A stretch of 61,978 nucleotides of DNA, filler included, from Sphacelaria rigidula (lineage: Eukaryota): assembly GCA_964200075.2 (NCBI GenBank). It is 10 parts of 10 records of this genome, joined end to end, with 100 filler letters (N's around TTAATTAATTAA, not from the genome) between each part and the next. Parts side by side here need not be neighbours in the genome. Positions count along the whole stretch, not along the records: positions 43,458 to 49,564 come from CAXNAA020022175.1; positions 49,665 to 55,771 come from CAXNAA020022176.1; positions 55,872 to 61,978 come from CAXNAA020022177.1; 7 more parts are not named here. One strand, written 5' to 3'. Positions 48,471 through 61,594 of this stretch are shown in pieces (positions within the stretch are counted from its first letter, which is position 1; the number at the start of each line of letters is the position of its first letter). The position numbers were made by a program, and so were the translations under genes. A model generated the notes under the pieces. The model saw only the letters and a list, made by a program, of their open reading frames with translations, was not told the DNA's origin and ran no database searches.

Positions 48471-51400
48471 GTCAAAGTCTGGGAAAAAAAGGAGAATCTG
48501 CAGCTAGACGCGTGAAGTATCAGCCCCTTGGGCACAGAAGGTCATCCTGAAATTTCAGCTCAAGACCCGTCGACTTGGGCCGTGCGTTTAACATTTTCCG
48601 TGAGGCTGCTGCACCCCTATAAATCAAGATAATGAGTTCGAATCCCGACATATTCTCTTTTTTCTTCGTCCGTTGTTAGGGTCACTTATTTTACAGCACA
48701 TTTTTTTCATTTTTTATTCATTCAGCGGCAGTGCCGTGTGTCACCAGTTTGGTCTTCACTACTTCACAGTGATATGCTTACATCGGGTTCATTCGGGAAA
48801 CTGGGGAAGCTGTGGTGTGAGCAAGTTTTAGCAGCTTTGAAGTTGGCCCAGCTCGTAAGGTAACCGGGAACGACCTCGAAGCGGGCGGCGAGTCATGCGA
48901 GATATTCAAAATTTGTGTCGTCTCTTCTCGAGCGCTACACGACGCTCGGGAGGGTCACAATGAGGGCAGGTTTTCAAAGAGTTTACCCCGATTTCACTGT
49001 CCAAATACATCGCCCGACTAGACTGGAACTTCTTCACTGGATTTCAAGGCAGTATCTCGTCCATCAAACGTTACGACATCGTCCACTCAAGAACAACGGT
49101 TGGTAACGCAACTCTCATATCGGCATCGTAGTGTAGACCGACGCGGTGAAACTTTCGAGTAGATTTGGCAAGCATAATAATTGTTGATTCTGATCGCCGA
49201 AAACGGACAAGAGTCTCTCACGAAGCTATGCTCGGAGAGGCAAAATGGTCCACTTTATCCCGCCATGCGGGGAATTGGACCTCTTGAGCACAAAAAATAA
49301 TTGCTGCGTCACCACTGCGGGCCGCGTATACATCGTCAATGGGCCACTAAATTACACTACTGGTGTGCATGTGATGCTCTTTCAAAATGGGCGATTTGGC
49401 GATGTGTTGGCATGCATTTTCTCCAAGACGCTGATCAGCAGCGCAGTAAACAGTGTTTTCGTGAGATTGAGAGTAGATGATCCGATTGAGAGTGGCTTTG
49501 ATCATTCATTTTTAGTGAGTCATTTTTTATTCCACGTGTACTTTTCTTTACCTCCATCACTTGCNNNNNNNNNNNNNNNNNNNNNNNNNNNNNNNNNNNN
49601 NNNNNNNNTTAATTAATTAANNNNNNNNNNNNNNNNNNNNNNNNNNNNNNNNNNNNNNNNNNNNGCATGATCATGAGTACACCCCCCCCTCCCCCCCCAA
49701 AAGTGCGTGGTTTGGGGAAGCAAAATCTCCACGCAGCTCGAAATGGAAAAAGCCGAGCACAACGGGCACCTGGGAATTCCTACGCTTGGGTTTGTTCTCG
49801 GCAATGTCGCCCATGTGAGGCCCTTCATGCAGCTTGATCTCAAACATCAGGCGCTGTATGACTACTTTTTCCGTCACACTTTCGGGCTGGTTTGGAGGGG
49901 GGGGGGCTATCGTCGAAAGTGCCCAAAGCCATTTTCCAAATGGTAATGCCATAGTAGTGGTGCATTTTTCAGTACAAAATTCTTCCGAGGCTGCACACTG
50001 AGGTCCAGATATTTGTCATCGAGAGGCTCCTACAACAAAGAGCCCCCGGAAAAAAATGCAACCCTACCGCGGCATTGCTCCGAGCTCACATGATACCGAT
50101 TCAACAAAATCTAACTAAGTGGACGCATTCATTATAGGGTCAACCAGCCGTAGGACTGATGTATTTTTTGCCGGGATCTTGCTGCTGCCGCGAAATTGTG
50201 TATTCTTCACCAATGAGTAACTCGACGTGTTCTATGCCCATCACACTGGAGAAGCAATCATCACACCAGAGAAGCGATCGTCAGGATATCAAGCGCGAAG
50301 CGTCTCACCGCACGCGAGCGCGGCTCTGCCTGTACTTGTTGCAGCGACGGGGCTCGGGAAGAAAGTCAATTCGTACGATAACAACAGTTGGCGTAACAGG
50401 TGCAAGCAACAGAGAATACAGATGATGTGTCCTGCCCCCCCCCCCCCTGGAAAGTTCCGTATCACGTACAGCATGCAGGCTCGTTCTAACACGCTGAGAG
50501 CACGGACAAAGTTGTACTATAGTAACTGTCCCACATAAGACCAGAAGTTTGATGGCTGGAAAACGTTCCCTTCCCGTTGTTGTTTTATTTGCTCGTTTTC
50601 AACGGACAAGTCCCGACCCCCCCTGCCCCTGAACCTCCGGTGCCGAGTGATGAAGCGTCAAAGATGATGCTCCATTCTCCCGAGGGTGGATGATCAAAAT
50701 CTATGACGCGCAAAAACTTGAGCACACTCCCTCTCCACTTGAGCTGCCATGACCACAATTTTGACCTGACGTTTTGATTCAAGAATCGCAGGGTTGACTA
50801 AAAGTTTGGACCTGCAGGTGGTAAACCTTCAAGTTGAAATTTGAATCTTCCAAGATGAACATCGAACTTTCAGGTTAAAAGTCGTGGTACAAACGGGTAT
50901 AAATGAATGTCAGGCCGTTCTTATCTTGAACGTACCTCATAACCCCTCGTGAGAGTCGGATGATTCAAGGTCGAATGTGTTCAGGTGAAGGTGTCCGTTG
51001 GGAGTCGAACTTCCTTCATCCGAAAACTTTCTGCTGAAACCGTGATCGCAAACTTCAAACGCTTGGGGAAAAAAGGTGCCACTTCGATCGAACAGTTGAT
51101 TCTTTCACCGCGAGCATCTTTTGAGTCAACGTTTGTACACCCATGCTATCGATCTTTCAACTCGAATGCTCCTGCAATGAAGATTCCCAATTGTTGGTGG
51201 TGAAAGGGTTGAATATTGACATTTAGACATCCTGACGAACCTCACTCAGTATCAATTAAACGCTTCAGAAACGTCTGTGGCGTTTCAAGTTCGTGCCAAG
51301 GGAGTCTTCGGATATCAAATTAGACATCCAAGCGCACGTTCAACCTTTGACTCCAACGTTCGGGCTAATCCGCGATTTATGCGATGCCAAACGTTCAAGT

Positions 51401-51950
51401 GAACTTTCGACGTACAATAACTTGTGCGTTCGATATCAAGATTAAATACTTCGGTCATACATCTACTGATCGACTACTAGCTTCAACAATGCACCCCCGA
51501 CGTTGAAATTGAGTGTTCAAGTTCAAACTGGATCATTCAATACGTGGGAAGCCTCTCACAAGGAACTTCGGTCTGGGGTATGATGAGATATATCCGCCTG
51601 ATACACGGACGCCCATCCGGGATATCTATCTGGAATATCAGATCCATCCATCTAGGTAGGATATCCATCCAATTAGGGCGATATTCATATTCCAGAGGGA
51701 TGTCCACATCCCAGATAAATAGCCTGGATTCGTTATCGAGGTTAAATTTTTTTATGAGGTTCAACTATCGTTTTCACAACACTTTTCCCGGAGAGGTTTT
51801 GAATCACGAAAGCGCCTGCGGTAGTGGGGCTGTGTGGAAAAGTTGTTGCGAGTCCCCCGGGTGTCGTTGAAGACGCCGCCGGAGGAGCAACGGCAGAGAG
51901 GAGTCTCGTCGCCCGCGTCCCTTGTGTGATCCCTCCGCCGACGTCCATCA

Positions 51951-52283
51951 CAAGTCACCCGATCACCCCATCATTGGCAATCATGTGAGCAATATAACTC
52001 GTTTGATACGCGTGCAGGCATTCTCAAACAATGTCTTCCTTTCGCCCAAAAGCGATCATTTCCACGATCTCTTTGGTCGGCGTCGCGCGGGGACCTGGTG
52101 CATTTCCGGAGTGGTGCACCGAGGCTCCCAATTTCCCGGCGTGTTCATTGCAAGTCACCTGGTCACCCCATAACAGGCAATCATATGAGCAATATATCTC
52201 GTTTGTTACGCGTGCAGGCATTCACAAACAATGTCTTCCTTTCGACCAAAAGCGATCACTTCCACGATCTTTGTTGTCGGCGT
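51951..52283. repeat. Direct repeat, 2 x ~133 bp with a ~67-bp spacer
   Basis: caagtcacc...acgcgtgcaggcattc.caaacaatgtcttcctttcg.ccaaaagcgatca.ttccacgatct...gtcggcgt at 51951 and 52151. Confidence 0.9.
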
Positions 52284-55228
52284 TGTGCAAATCAAGAGTC
52301 GGAGATCCGCTTGGAGGCTCGGCCTGTAAATTGAACGTTTGACTTGGAAGTAGAACATCAAAGAGAACGTATCATATCTTCGAATCAGACCCTCGAGTAA
52401 AAAGCCGAGCCTTCAAGTGAACCTTCAATGCTCAAAAGTGTACGTTCAACTTGAACGACGGTCGACGATCAAGTGAAGCACCGATGTTCAAGTGAAATAG
52501 TTTTAGCAGGCTTAACCTTCGAAGTCAAATGCTCATCTCGAATGTCGACATGCTCAACTTACTTGGATACGTCACATTTGAGTGACAGGTTAAAGTTTAA
52601 GTTCTGAGTTATAATGGAAGGTTTTACACTTGAACGCCTTGAGATTTCGACGTGGGACCTTCAAGATAAAGAAAACCTTGAGTTGCATGTATTCAAACCG
52701 GATACTCAACGCGAGATTTCCGGTTCAAGTCGGAGGTTCAACTTCCACGTCCAACTTGAAGGTTGGATTTTAAGTTGAGGGCTAACATCTATCTTGAAGG
52801 TTGTTCAGAAAATCTTTCTGTGGTCTCAAACGGCTACTGAATGGTGTTCCACGATAGATAGCCATATAATAGATGAGTCGAGCCTTTAGCGGTCAAGTGC
52901 AATGTTCAACGTCTGAAATAAACCTTTGAGTGATGCTACGGTAGAGATGCACACATATTTCCTGAGGTTCGAATTGTTAGAAGCTTTTGATTTCATCCAA
53001 AACACGACTCATGTAATATGTGAGAGTACGCCAGGCTCACTGTGTCCATGTGCTACCGATATCCCGGATTAATTTGCAAATGGGGATGCTATGACCCATC
53101 TTCTTGTGCATCTAGAATCGGTAGGAGCCCGTGAACCAGACAAGATTTTGCGCGAAAAGTGCACCCCTATCGTAGCATTGTTCCTTTGATATATTCGCCA
53201 TAATGGCGGCTACCACCGGGGTATGTATAGCGTGAGAGGCAGATGGTGGTATACATGGTGTATACAGTTGTTGGGATTACGGAATTGGTCTCTTCTCGTT
53301 TCAGAGAGCACAGAGACGGGGAGCCCCCCCCGTTCTCTTCAATTCTTGCCTTAATTTTCTCTTGTTATAAAGTTCTTCTTGTTCTCTATTATTACAGTTA
53401 GTTTAAGATGTTATACTATCAAACAAAATACAAAAATAGCACCATGTGTGCGATGATCGTAGAGCAGTGCTGGTAGTGCTGGTAGCGGCAATAGCGGTGC
53501 GTGATTCTCTACCTCGTGAAGTCTTTCGTTTTGCTTCGTTGCCGCCCTTTTGGATTGAAATGCCTCACAGCAGTACATTCGCTACCATTCTACTACTGGA
53601 GGGATATAAACATTCAGGTATATGCTTGTGTTTCCATGATGTATTGTTGCACATACGTATGTACCATTTACCCTCCAGCATTCGCGAGGTTCAGAGTTGG
53701 CATGTGAGAATTGCAGAGGCGCGAATTTCTATTGAATAAATCTTGTTGAATGATGCGAGAAGTTGAGTGGATCACTTACTTGACCGCAAAAAAATCCAAG
53801 TTCTGTTTGATATATTCAGGTGATGATGTTTGGTAGTACCGCGGCGCGAGCATAAAACAGCTGCGGACAGTCACCGCACTTTTTGTACCTTTGGACTGTG
53901 TATGGGTATGTTTTTTTGTACGTTTTGGTACAGTAAGGAGGATGCACGAGGCGTTGGTTTGTTCGCGCGCGCGCGCGCGTGTGTATATGTCTCGGTTCCG
54001 TCATACTTTTAATAGCACCCCCTTCCACGTTCTTGGGGACGAATCCCTAGTCTCCACGAATCAACCAACTCACCTCGTGTGTGTGTCTGTATCGTCTGTC
54101 TATGGATTTGTTCTATCTTCGTTTTTGTGGTCCTATTTGTAAGTATCTTTGAGAAGCACCCGAGAAAAGACATTCCTACGTTCATGTATTTGATGTATGT
54201 TGTCAGAAACGAAAAAACAGACGTGTCGAATTCATCGCCGGTAACACGTGCGGTATCGGTGTTTTTTGTGTCGTGTGTTCTCATTCGGTTGTCCTCGTGT
54301 GCACAAGAAGCGCTAATAAGTTGGTTGTCTGTTGTCTCAGTGGTAGTGGTACAAACGTGGGTGCTTGTGTGGCGTTGAGTATTCTGTGCGTATTCTGTCC
54401 GAAAGGGGAGGTTTGTTCAGAAAGAAGCAAACCGTCGTTTATTGCAAACATCGAATTGGCCAAAGAGGCATCTATTAGTCCAGCCGCTCTTTTAGGGTCA
54501 CGGAGGAACAGTCAAATAGTCAGCCGCCGTTCTATTATTTCAGACGCTTTTTGAGGGTCACGGAGGAACAGTTGAATAGTCAGCCCCAACCGTTCATTTG
54601 GGAAAGTCCACGGATAGTCAAAACAAGGAGACGCAAATCAGCGTAGGTTTGAGACACAAAAGGTGGACAGTGGGAGCATAGAAGGAGTTGGGCCAGTTCG
54701 GCAGGGGCAAACAAGTTTTATCGATTACGTACGCCTTTTTCCCGCCCACCCACCCGTTTTAGGGTGAAGGAATGGTAGAGTGCCATTTGGGGACTCGTTT
54801 GAGATTTTCACGTACATTAGGAGCGTTTATGTGTCCCCCTGGTTGTTCTAAGGGAGAGAGAGAGACAGTTTTCATGAGCAGAGACACTATAGTCTATGGC
54901 AGAAGGGTTTAGAGATCGTGCCCTGCAAGCAGTCGTCTCTCTCTCTCTCTTGCCTTCGGGCCCGAAAATACTAATGAAAAAGGCAATTCGAAAGAAAAGC
55001 GATACATGACGTGTTTTAGTCATTCACCATTAGTGGTGCCACGTCTTGTGGGTCCCACCTATCATTTGGTTATATCACACGCTCATGTGTCCATCATGTG
55101 ATGAGACGATGATTGACCATCACCATCATGATCACGAAAGGGTTACCCCTGTTTCTTTTCCCTCTCAAGACAAGTTCTTCCGGGAGGAACACACACGCGG
55201 CAGCGATATAGTCGGATAACTGTAGTTA

Positions 55229-55320
55229 CTGTGACGGCTTAAGAGACAACCAACTAGACTACTGACCAGTCAGCGCTGACTTGTCAGTAGTCCAGTTGGT
55301 TGTCTCTTAAACCGTCACAT
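55229..55320. mobile_element. TA-flanked, loopless palindromic MITE (92 bp)
   Basis: Near-perfect palindrome centred on AGCGCT, with TA on both sides. Confidence 0.78.
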
Positions 55321-56134
55321 TACGTTGTTAGTGTCGGAGAATTCTAATATTATTACTTTCGCTTGTTTTTGGTGTTGCTGTTGCTGCCAGTCACTACTCC
55401 TTCTGTTGCTTAGTCAGGAGAAGTTTTCTCTTGTTTTTGTTGTGAGGTCATGCCTATCGGTCAGTCGATCGTGGCCGAGTCTTATCTTCTTATGTTTCAT
55501 CTCGTGTCATCGGTTGGAGCCATGCTACGATAGGGGGGGGGGTGTTCGATTCCATGAGAACATGTATGTGCTCATAGATGCGTCAAACGACCTACAACAT
55601 TCGCGGTGTGCTTGTGTTTGGGTAAAATCGGTGTAAATCAGCATGAATGAGCGTTATTCATTGGAAGCAAGCGCGTTCGAACAACTGTTGGCTGCTTTCG
55701 GCAGCGATTGACGTAGGATTTCGTGGAAGAAAACGGCCCAAGATACCCCCCCCCCCCCCAGCCCCCCTTGGNNNNNNNNNNNNNNNNNNNNNNNNNNNNN
55801 NNNNNNNNNNNNNNNTTAATTAATTAANNNNNNNNNNNNNNNNNNNNNNNNNNNNNNNNNNNNNNNNNNNNTTTTTCTTTTCTTTTTTTTTTCTCTTTTT
55901 CTTTTTTCTTCTCTCTCTTTTTCTTTCTTCCTCTTTAATTTTACACTAGAAAAAAAAAAGTCTGCCTTTTTTTTTTTGCCTATTGTGCCTTTTTGTCCTC
56001 CTGTTTTCTAATCTCTAGGCGAGGTCAATGGTCAGATGACTATGGCAAGCAAGATCATGAGTATCCCCCCCCCCTCAACCCCTCGCCCTGCCCTTCCTCC
56101 TCACTCTCGTCCAAATGTTCCTTGCCTCGGAAAG

Positions 56135-56367
56135 GCTGTGGAGTATCTGAAGGAGATGCCTGCTGTAGGGGTGAAGCCATCCCTGGCTCACTTCAAGCAC
56201 GCGTTGAGGTCGTGCGAGAACGCTTTAGAAGGGGTGCGGCAGTCATCTCTCGAAGGCGGGGAGGCTTCGGTAGCGGCGGCTGCTGCGGCTGCCGTTCCGA
56301 CCGTATTTGGGCTGATGCACGAGGTCGAGATTAGTCCCGACGATGACTGTTATGCTTTGGGGATCAG
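56135..56367 (+). CDS. Pentatricopeptide-repeat (PPR) protein, single internal exon
   Basis: aag|GCT...AG|gtgaag; AVEYLKEMPAVGVKPSLAHFKHALRSC and VFGLMHEVEISPDDDCYALGI match PPR A..l..eM...Gv.Pd...y...i.ac. Confidence 0.78.
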
Positions 56368-56472
56368 GTGAAGAAGTGTGTGTATATATATATATATATA
56401 CATGTATTGAAATAATAAATGTATTCCCCACGATTATAATGATGGAAGTGATGGTGATGGTGATGATAATGC

Positions 56473-56504
<32 letters not shown>

Positions 56505-58657
56505 ATGATAATTATAATAACGGCCTTTTGTTTTTCACGACTGGGTATGAGAGTGGTTTACGCGCAAGATCTCTTCCACTGAAGCCATGTGGCAGAGGCC
56601 CGCCCTTTTTTTTTTGGTCCTTTTTTTTCTTTTTTTTTTTTCTTTTTTTTTCTTTTAGTTTTATTTTTTGTTTTTTTAGTTTTTTCTGTTGGGTCTGTTC
56701 TACTTTTCTGCTTTTTTATCCTTCTCTTCAGCTAGTTTTTTTTCTCTCGGATACGTCTATTATCGTGGATGATGACCACAGCTGGATCCCTGGGTGGTCA
56801 GTTGAGTGCGACAATGATCAATCAATCAATCAGTAGTTATAATGGGAATGAGATCAATTGTACTAATGGTGAATTAATAATATTACAATATTATAATGTA
56901 ATAAAAATGTAATAGTATGGTAGTCATATTTCTGGTAATCATATTTTATTATTATGTTCGTCACATTATTGCCCGATCTCTCGAACCCGTGGTCGCAGAG
57001 TGCAAGGAACAAACGAAATACCACCCATACCCATAAAATCAAACAGCCCGCGGTGGAAGGCAAGAAACAAAACATGTACAAGAAAAAGGGCTCCTACACT
57101 GCGATAGATCCGTAGAAGACCGGTTGAACTACAGGAGACCTACAGGGATCTATAAAGTCGCTGCGTGCGATCTCTCCGACTACCTTGCCACGTACTGGTG
57201 TATACACTCTGTCGTAACAGCGAGTAAGCTGATAATCGAAACTGCCGCGTAGGACAGAGACCAAGCCCCAAATAGATCTACTGTCTAGAGTGCTGTTCAA
57301 AGAGATCCTCTACAGAGCCTGCGCACCGGAGACTGAACAACGTCAGATAGGAAGATCCAAAAATACAAGAAACACAAAAAAAGTAAGAGCCGATGGCAAC
57401 GAGGAGAGAAAGCCAGGAACTACGATCTCCCTCGGTTTCTGGTCAAGTAGAATCGTCATGGAAACAGAACAGACAGGGCGTATCTAGCTTACACACGGCA
57501 AAGCGCTATCAGCAAAAAACAGAATCTGTTCGGAGTGTCCCATATTCAACCATGAAAAAATGGGATACCATCTGTATGTAGCATCCACAACAAAAAACTA
57601 TCGAAAACCCGACAGAAAAAAAATATTCCGCCCTCAACGAAATTAGCCGCCTGCTCTTCTCCTCCGCTGCAAGGTCCTTTTCAAAGTTGACCTCCTGACG
57701 CTCTTATCTATCCTCACCAGCGTCCATGGGCAACCCAGCCGCCCATCCTCGCCGGTGTCCATGATCCCGAAGAGTACCCCCTCTTCTTCCTTTCGTGATG
57801 AAACACTTCCTACTTCGTCATGCACTCTGGTTCTAGTCTGTAGTAAGCGCCTCGTCCAAGAGGCTCAACCAGACCTAACCCGTCCGTCGACGACCGCGCC
57901 TCCTCTATCCTTGTCGCCGGAACCAGTCTACACCCCGGCACACGCTCCTTTGTATCAGAGGTGTGATTTTTTCGATTTTTGATTGTCGCAATTTAACCGA
58001 CCCCCCCCCCCGGGGTCCGGCCGTGGTCTCGTGATGGACGTACCCAAGGAGAACGAAACTCAAACACGCTCTAAGGAAAAAAAAAAAAGGAACAGAAACA
58101 GAAAAAAAAATAGGAACAGAAAAAGTAAAAGAAAAAGAGGGAGTGGTCGAACAGAACGACATATCAGACTAAGTCGTGACAAAGAAAAGTAACAAAAAGT
58201 CAACACAAGGCAAAGCACAAAAAGGAATGGCTGACCTAAAGCAAGAAAAAAGGAAAACAAGCGGAAAGTACAAGGCAAATAAAATAAAAGTTCGTGCCAG
58301 ATTTCGACAGCGGTGTCCTCTGCCTCCGCGCACACACCGTATCCCCGCATGCCCACACTCAGGGTGTAGACACATTACACTGGTTGTAACGAAGGATATG
58401 CCCGCACTCAGGGTGTTGACTATCACGCTGCATTGCAACAAGGGTGGGTGTGCCTGATGAGCACCGTACTGACCCAACTCTAGAACCACACTACAGCCTC
58501 GGCCAAGGTTAGTAGCGAGAAAGAATCACTCCTTGAAGGTGATTCCGGCCCTGCACCCGCCGACGATACCCTCCCCACGCCGTGCTGACAAGACCGGTCA
58601 TGGCCTTCGTTGGAGCACGAGGAACGGAGTTTTAATTATAGTGATAATGGATAACAG

Positions 58658-58853
58658 ATAATAATGATGATAATAAGAATGCTGCTGATAATAATGGCCA
58701 TAACAGTAGTAATGACAATTTTAATAATGATGATAATAAGGATGCTGCTGATAATAATGATGATAATAAGGATGCTGCTGATAATAATGATGATAATAAG
58801 AATGCTGCTGATAATAATGGCCATAACAGTAGTAATGACAATTTTAATAATGA
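58658..58853. repeat. AT-rich compound tandem repeat of trinucleotide-derived units (ataataatgatgataataaggatgctgctg)
   Basis: direct reading. Confidence 0.9.
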
Positions 58854-59509
58854 TCGTGAATGAAAAGAATGAAGATACATGTACGTGTATCACTTCACAT
58901 TTTTCACCACTTTTGCCGAGTTTTCTCTAGTGGCAATGCATTTTCCCCCACGCTTTCTTTTGCAGTGCACTGAGAAGGCTCAGCGGTACATTACCCTTCA
59001 GGTTTGGATGTCATCTGATACCTGTGGCGCGTGTTCTGGCCACCGAAAGTCGCCCAAACTGGCCCTTGTTCGCGGGTTGTCGATCCCGAACCACCAAAGC
59101 CTTTCAAGATAATGGAAAGCTGGAAACAGAAACCCGAACCACAAAGCCTGTTGAAGATCATGGATAACTTTGAAACATGATTATTTTTGACTGGATATTT
59201 TTTCCTCGCGCTTCTCTTTGTCGCGCTCTCGTTCATTTGGGAGCACGAACACACCGGTTATGCAGCCAATGTCACGAGAACATGAGGGCAAAGCAGTTGA
59301 AAACAATTGAAATTTTGCCTTGGCCGTTGTCAGCAGCGAACACAAGGCCGTGCAATGGGCCGTTGGCGAGTTGAACAAGGCACAGCAGCACGGCAGCACA
59401 GGGATGTTTTGCCACAAAAACAATCACCCTGTTTGATAAAAAGTCCCGATGATGTGGAAGCCACAATGAAGTGCAATCGTTTCAGGCAAGAACCACCACA
59501 CTTATGTCC

Positions 59510-59885
59510 AGAGAAATACAACCTTTCATGTGCAGCGAAAAACGACAGCACTGCAAAAGCATGTCCGCTGAGAGAAATGGCCCGGTGACAAAAAGGTACC
59601 GATCAAGAAGGCCCTGTGAAACGTTCGGCCAGCTTTGAAAAAAGAACGAAACTCTCATGCGCAGAGAAAAAGCGAAGCACTGAAAAAACATACCCGCGAG
59701 CTTCCCGAGTGAGAAAGAACATGTCAGGAATGTTCCACGCATTCCAACAGCCAGCCAAAGCCGCTATATTGTTTAGAAACATGCAAACTCCTGTGTGCAG
59801 CGAAAAAGCGAAGCACTGAGAGAACATACCCGCGAGCTTTCCAAGTGACAGATATAATGCCAAGAATGTTTCACGTATTCCCATT
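59510..59885. repeat. Degenerate tandem repeat, ~3 x ~135 bp
   Basis: tg(t/c)gcag(c/a)gaaaaa..ga..gcactg...catacccgcgagctt recurs at ~59528, 59657 and 59793. Confidence 0.8.
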
Positions 59886-60198
59886 GTTCGGGAAGTGCCT
59901 TCCGCTGTCATGTATTTGTGGCGCGAGAGCTACTTCGCACTCTGGCACCTCGGGAACACCACACGTGCTCTTCGCCGACCAGACGTACAAAGCGTTCAAC
60001 ATGACCTTCAGCTCACGTCGCATCCATACGCGCATGCCACACATGTCGGAATTATTGCCGCCCAACAGTTGTACAACATTCACATCCGTGTTACTCAAAG
60101 TTGGTCAACCTTATCCGGAGCCACCATCCGATAATACATGCGATGTTTTGTACAGCTACGATCACTACTTTGCATTGAGATACAACAGCCTCTCTTAA

Positions 60199-60316
60199 CC
60201 CTTTGGGAACGCACTGACGATTTTGTTTTTTGTGAATCGGCATCATTTTGACTCGAAAATGGCTGAAAATCATGCCGATTCACAAAAGCAAAAATCGTCC
60301 ATGGGATTCACAAGGG
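60199..60316. mobile_element. piggyBac-like MITE (118 bp)
   Basis: TTAA|CCCTT...AAGGG|TTAA with an intact TSD; almost entirely self-complementary (gacgattttg...tgtgaatcggcat / atgccgattcaca...aaaatcgtc). Confidence 0.85.
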
Positions 60317-60650
60317 TTAACCACATATTTTCGACTTGCGTCACCCCCCGGAGGCCAGTACCAACCTCCTGAAGGGGAACCTTGTATATCATATAATATG
60401 TCGCAAAAGGTTAGCCCCTACGCAGTCTAGTTATGTACGACTATCAATGAATCGATCAATCAGCCAACCAAGAACGGAGCATCATCCTGATCAGGCGGGT
60501 ATTTATACCTTCAATGTTTCCACCTAAGTGGGGGCACCCGTCGCCGCGTCCGATGGCCCGAGTGACATGACTAGTAGCTACGGTAGTTATGGGACAATAT
60601 CGCAAGTTTCGAATCTCCACGGATGCGGCGTTTTTTCAGCAGAAAACGTG

Positions 60651-60651
60651 G

Positions 60652-60722
<71 letters not shown>
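60651..60722. repeat. (GTT)n microsatellite
   Basis: direct reading. Confidence 0.97.
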
Positions 60723-60797
60723 GGAAAAGGGTGAAATCGTGAGTAGCGGAAGAAAGTTGGACAAGAGAGTCTACGGGGTGCGAGAGAAGGTATTTGG

Positions 60798-61099
60798 CAG
60801 TGTTGAGAGTCAAGTGTCGAAACATCAAGTTTTGATCGCGATTTCCGGCAATTCTGAGTAGCGGAATCGCGAGCTGGTGAGCCGATACTTGAGATGCGCA
60901 AACTGGCTCTTTCGGGGCTTTTCTCGGGGGTTTTCGTGCAAAAATTACCCTTCAAAAACAGCAAAAAAATCCCGGAAAACCTGAAAACCGGTTGTTCGGG
61001 CATTTACCGAGAATCGAAAAAAATATCGATATCGACGTTTTTTTGTCGATACTTTAAAAAGTCGTATCGATTTTTTTATTCGTTTGATTCTCAACACTG
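60798..61099. mobile_element. hAT-like MITE
   Basis: TIR CAGTGTTGAGA(G/A)TCAA at both ends; TSD only 5/8 conserved. Confidence 0.6.
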
Positions 61100-61428
61100 C
61101 TATCTGATCTTGCCACTCCTAGAGACAGCCACGGGTTACACACTCCCTGATGGGTGTTTCCACCATATTAACCGTACGTAGTGCTATCTTTTCCTTTCGT
61201 GCGGAGGGGAGGTTCTCCCATCACGCACAATATGATGTAGTTCGACGACCACCATGTATGCTTACCGCGAAAAAAAAAGCAAGCGAGAAACAAAACGGTA
61301 ACGTGGTTGCCTAGCGTACGCAGTGAGTGGTGTGTTTTACAGCGTGGTTGCCAACCGACGCTAATCCTTAGAAGGGAACGTGTGTGGAAGGGGAGGAGGA
61401 ACGACGGTGTCTGAGATGCAATATACCG

Positions 61429-61462
<34 letters not shown>

Positions 61463-61559
61463 CCCCAGCGCCACCCCCGCCCCCCCCCCACCGCCCAGGC
61501 CTGTCGGACCCGCGGACGCAGGGGCTAGGGGCCGGTGGNNNNNNNNNNGAGGCACAACA

Positions 61560-61590
<31 letters not shown>

Positions 61591-61594
61591 CTAG

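Noticed and set aside
57673..57960. Next exon of the PPR gene
   Set aside because: The open frame is phase-incompatible with the PPR exon (the required frame stops quickly) and lacks PPR motifs.
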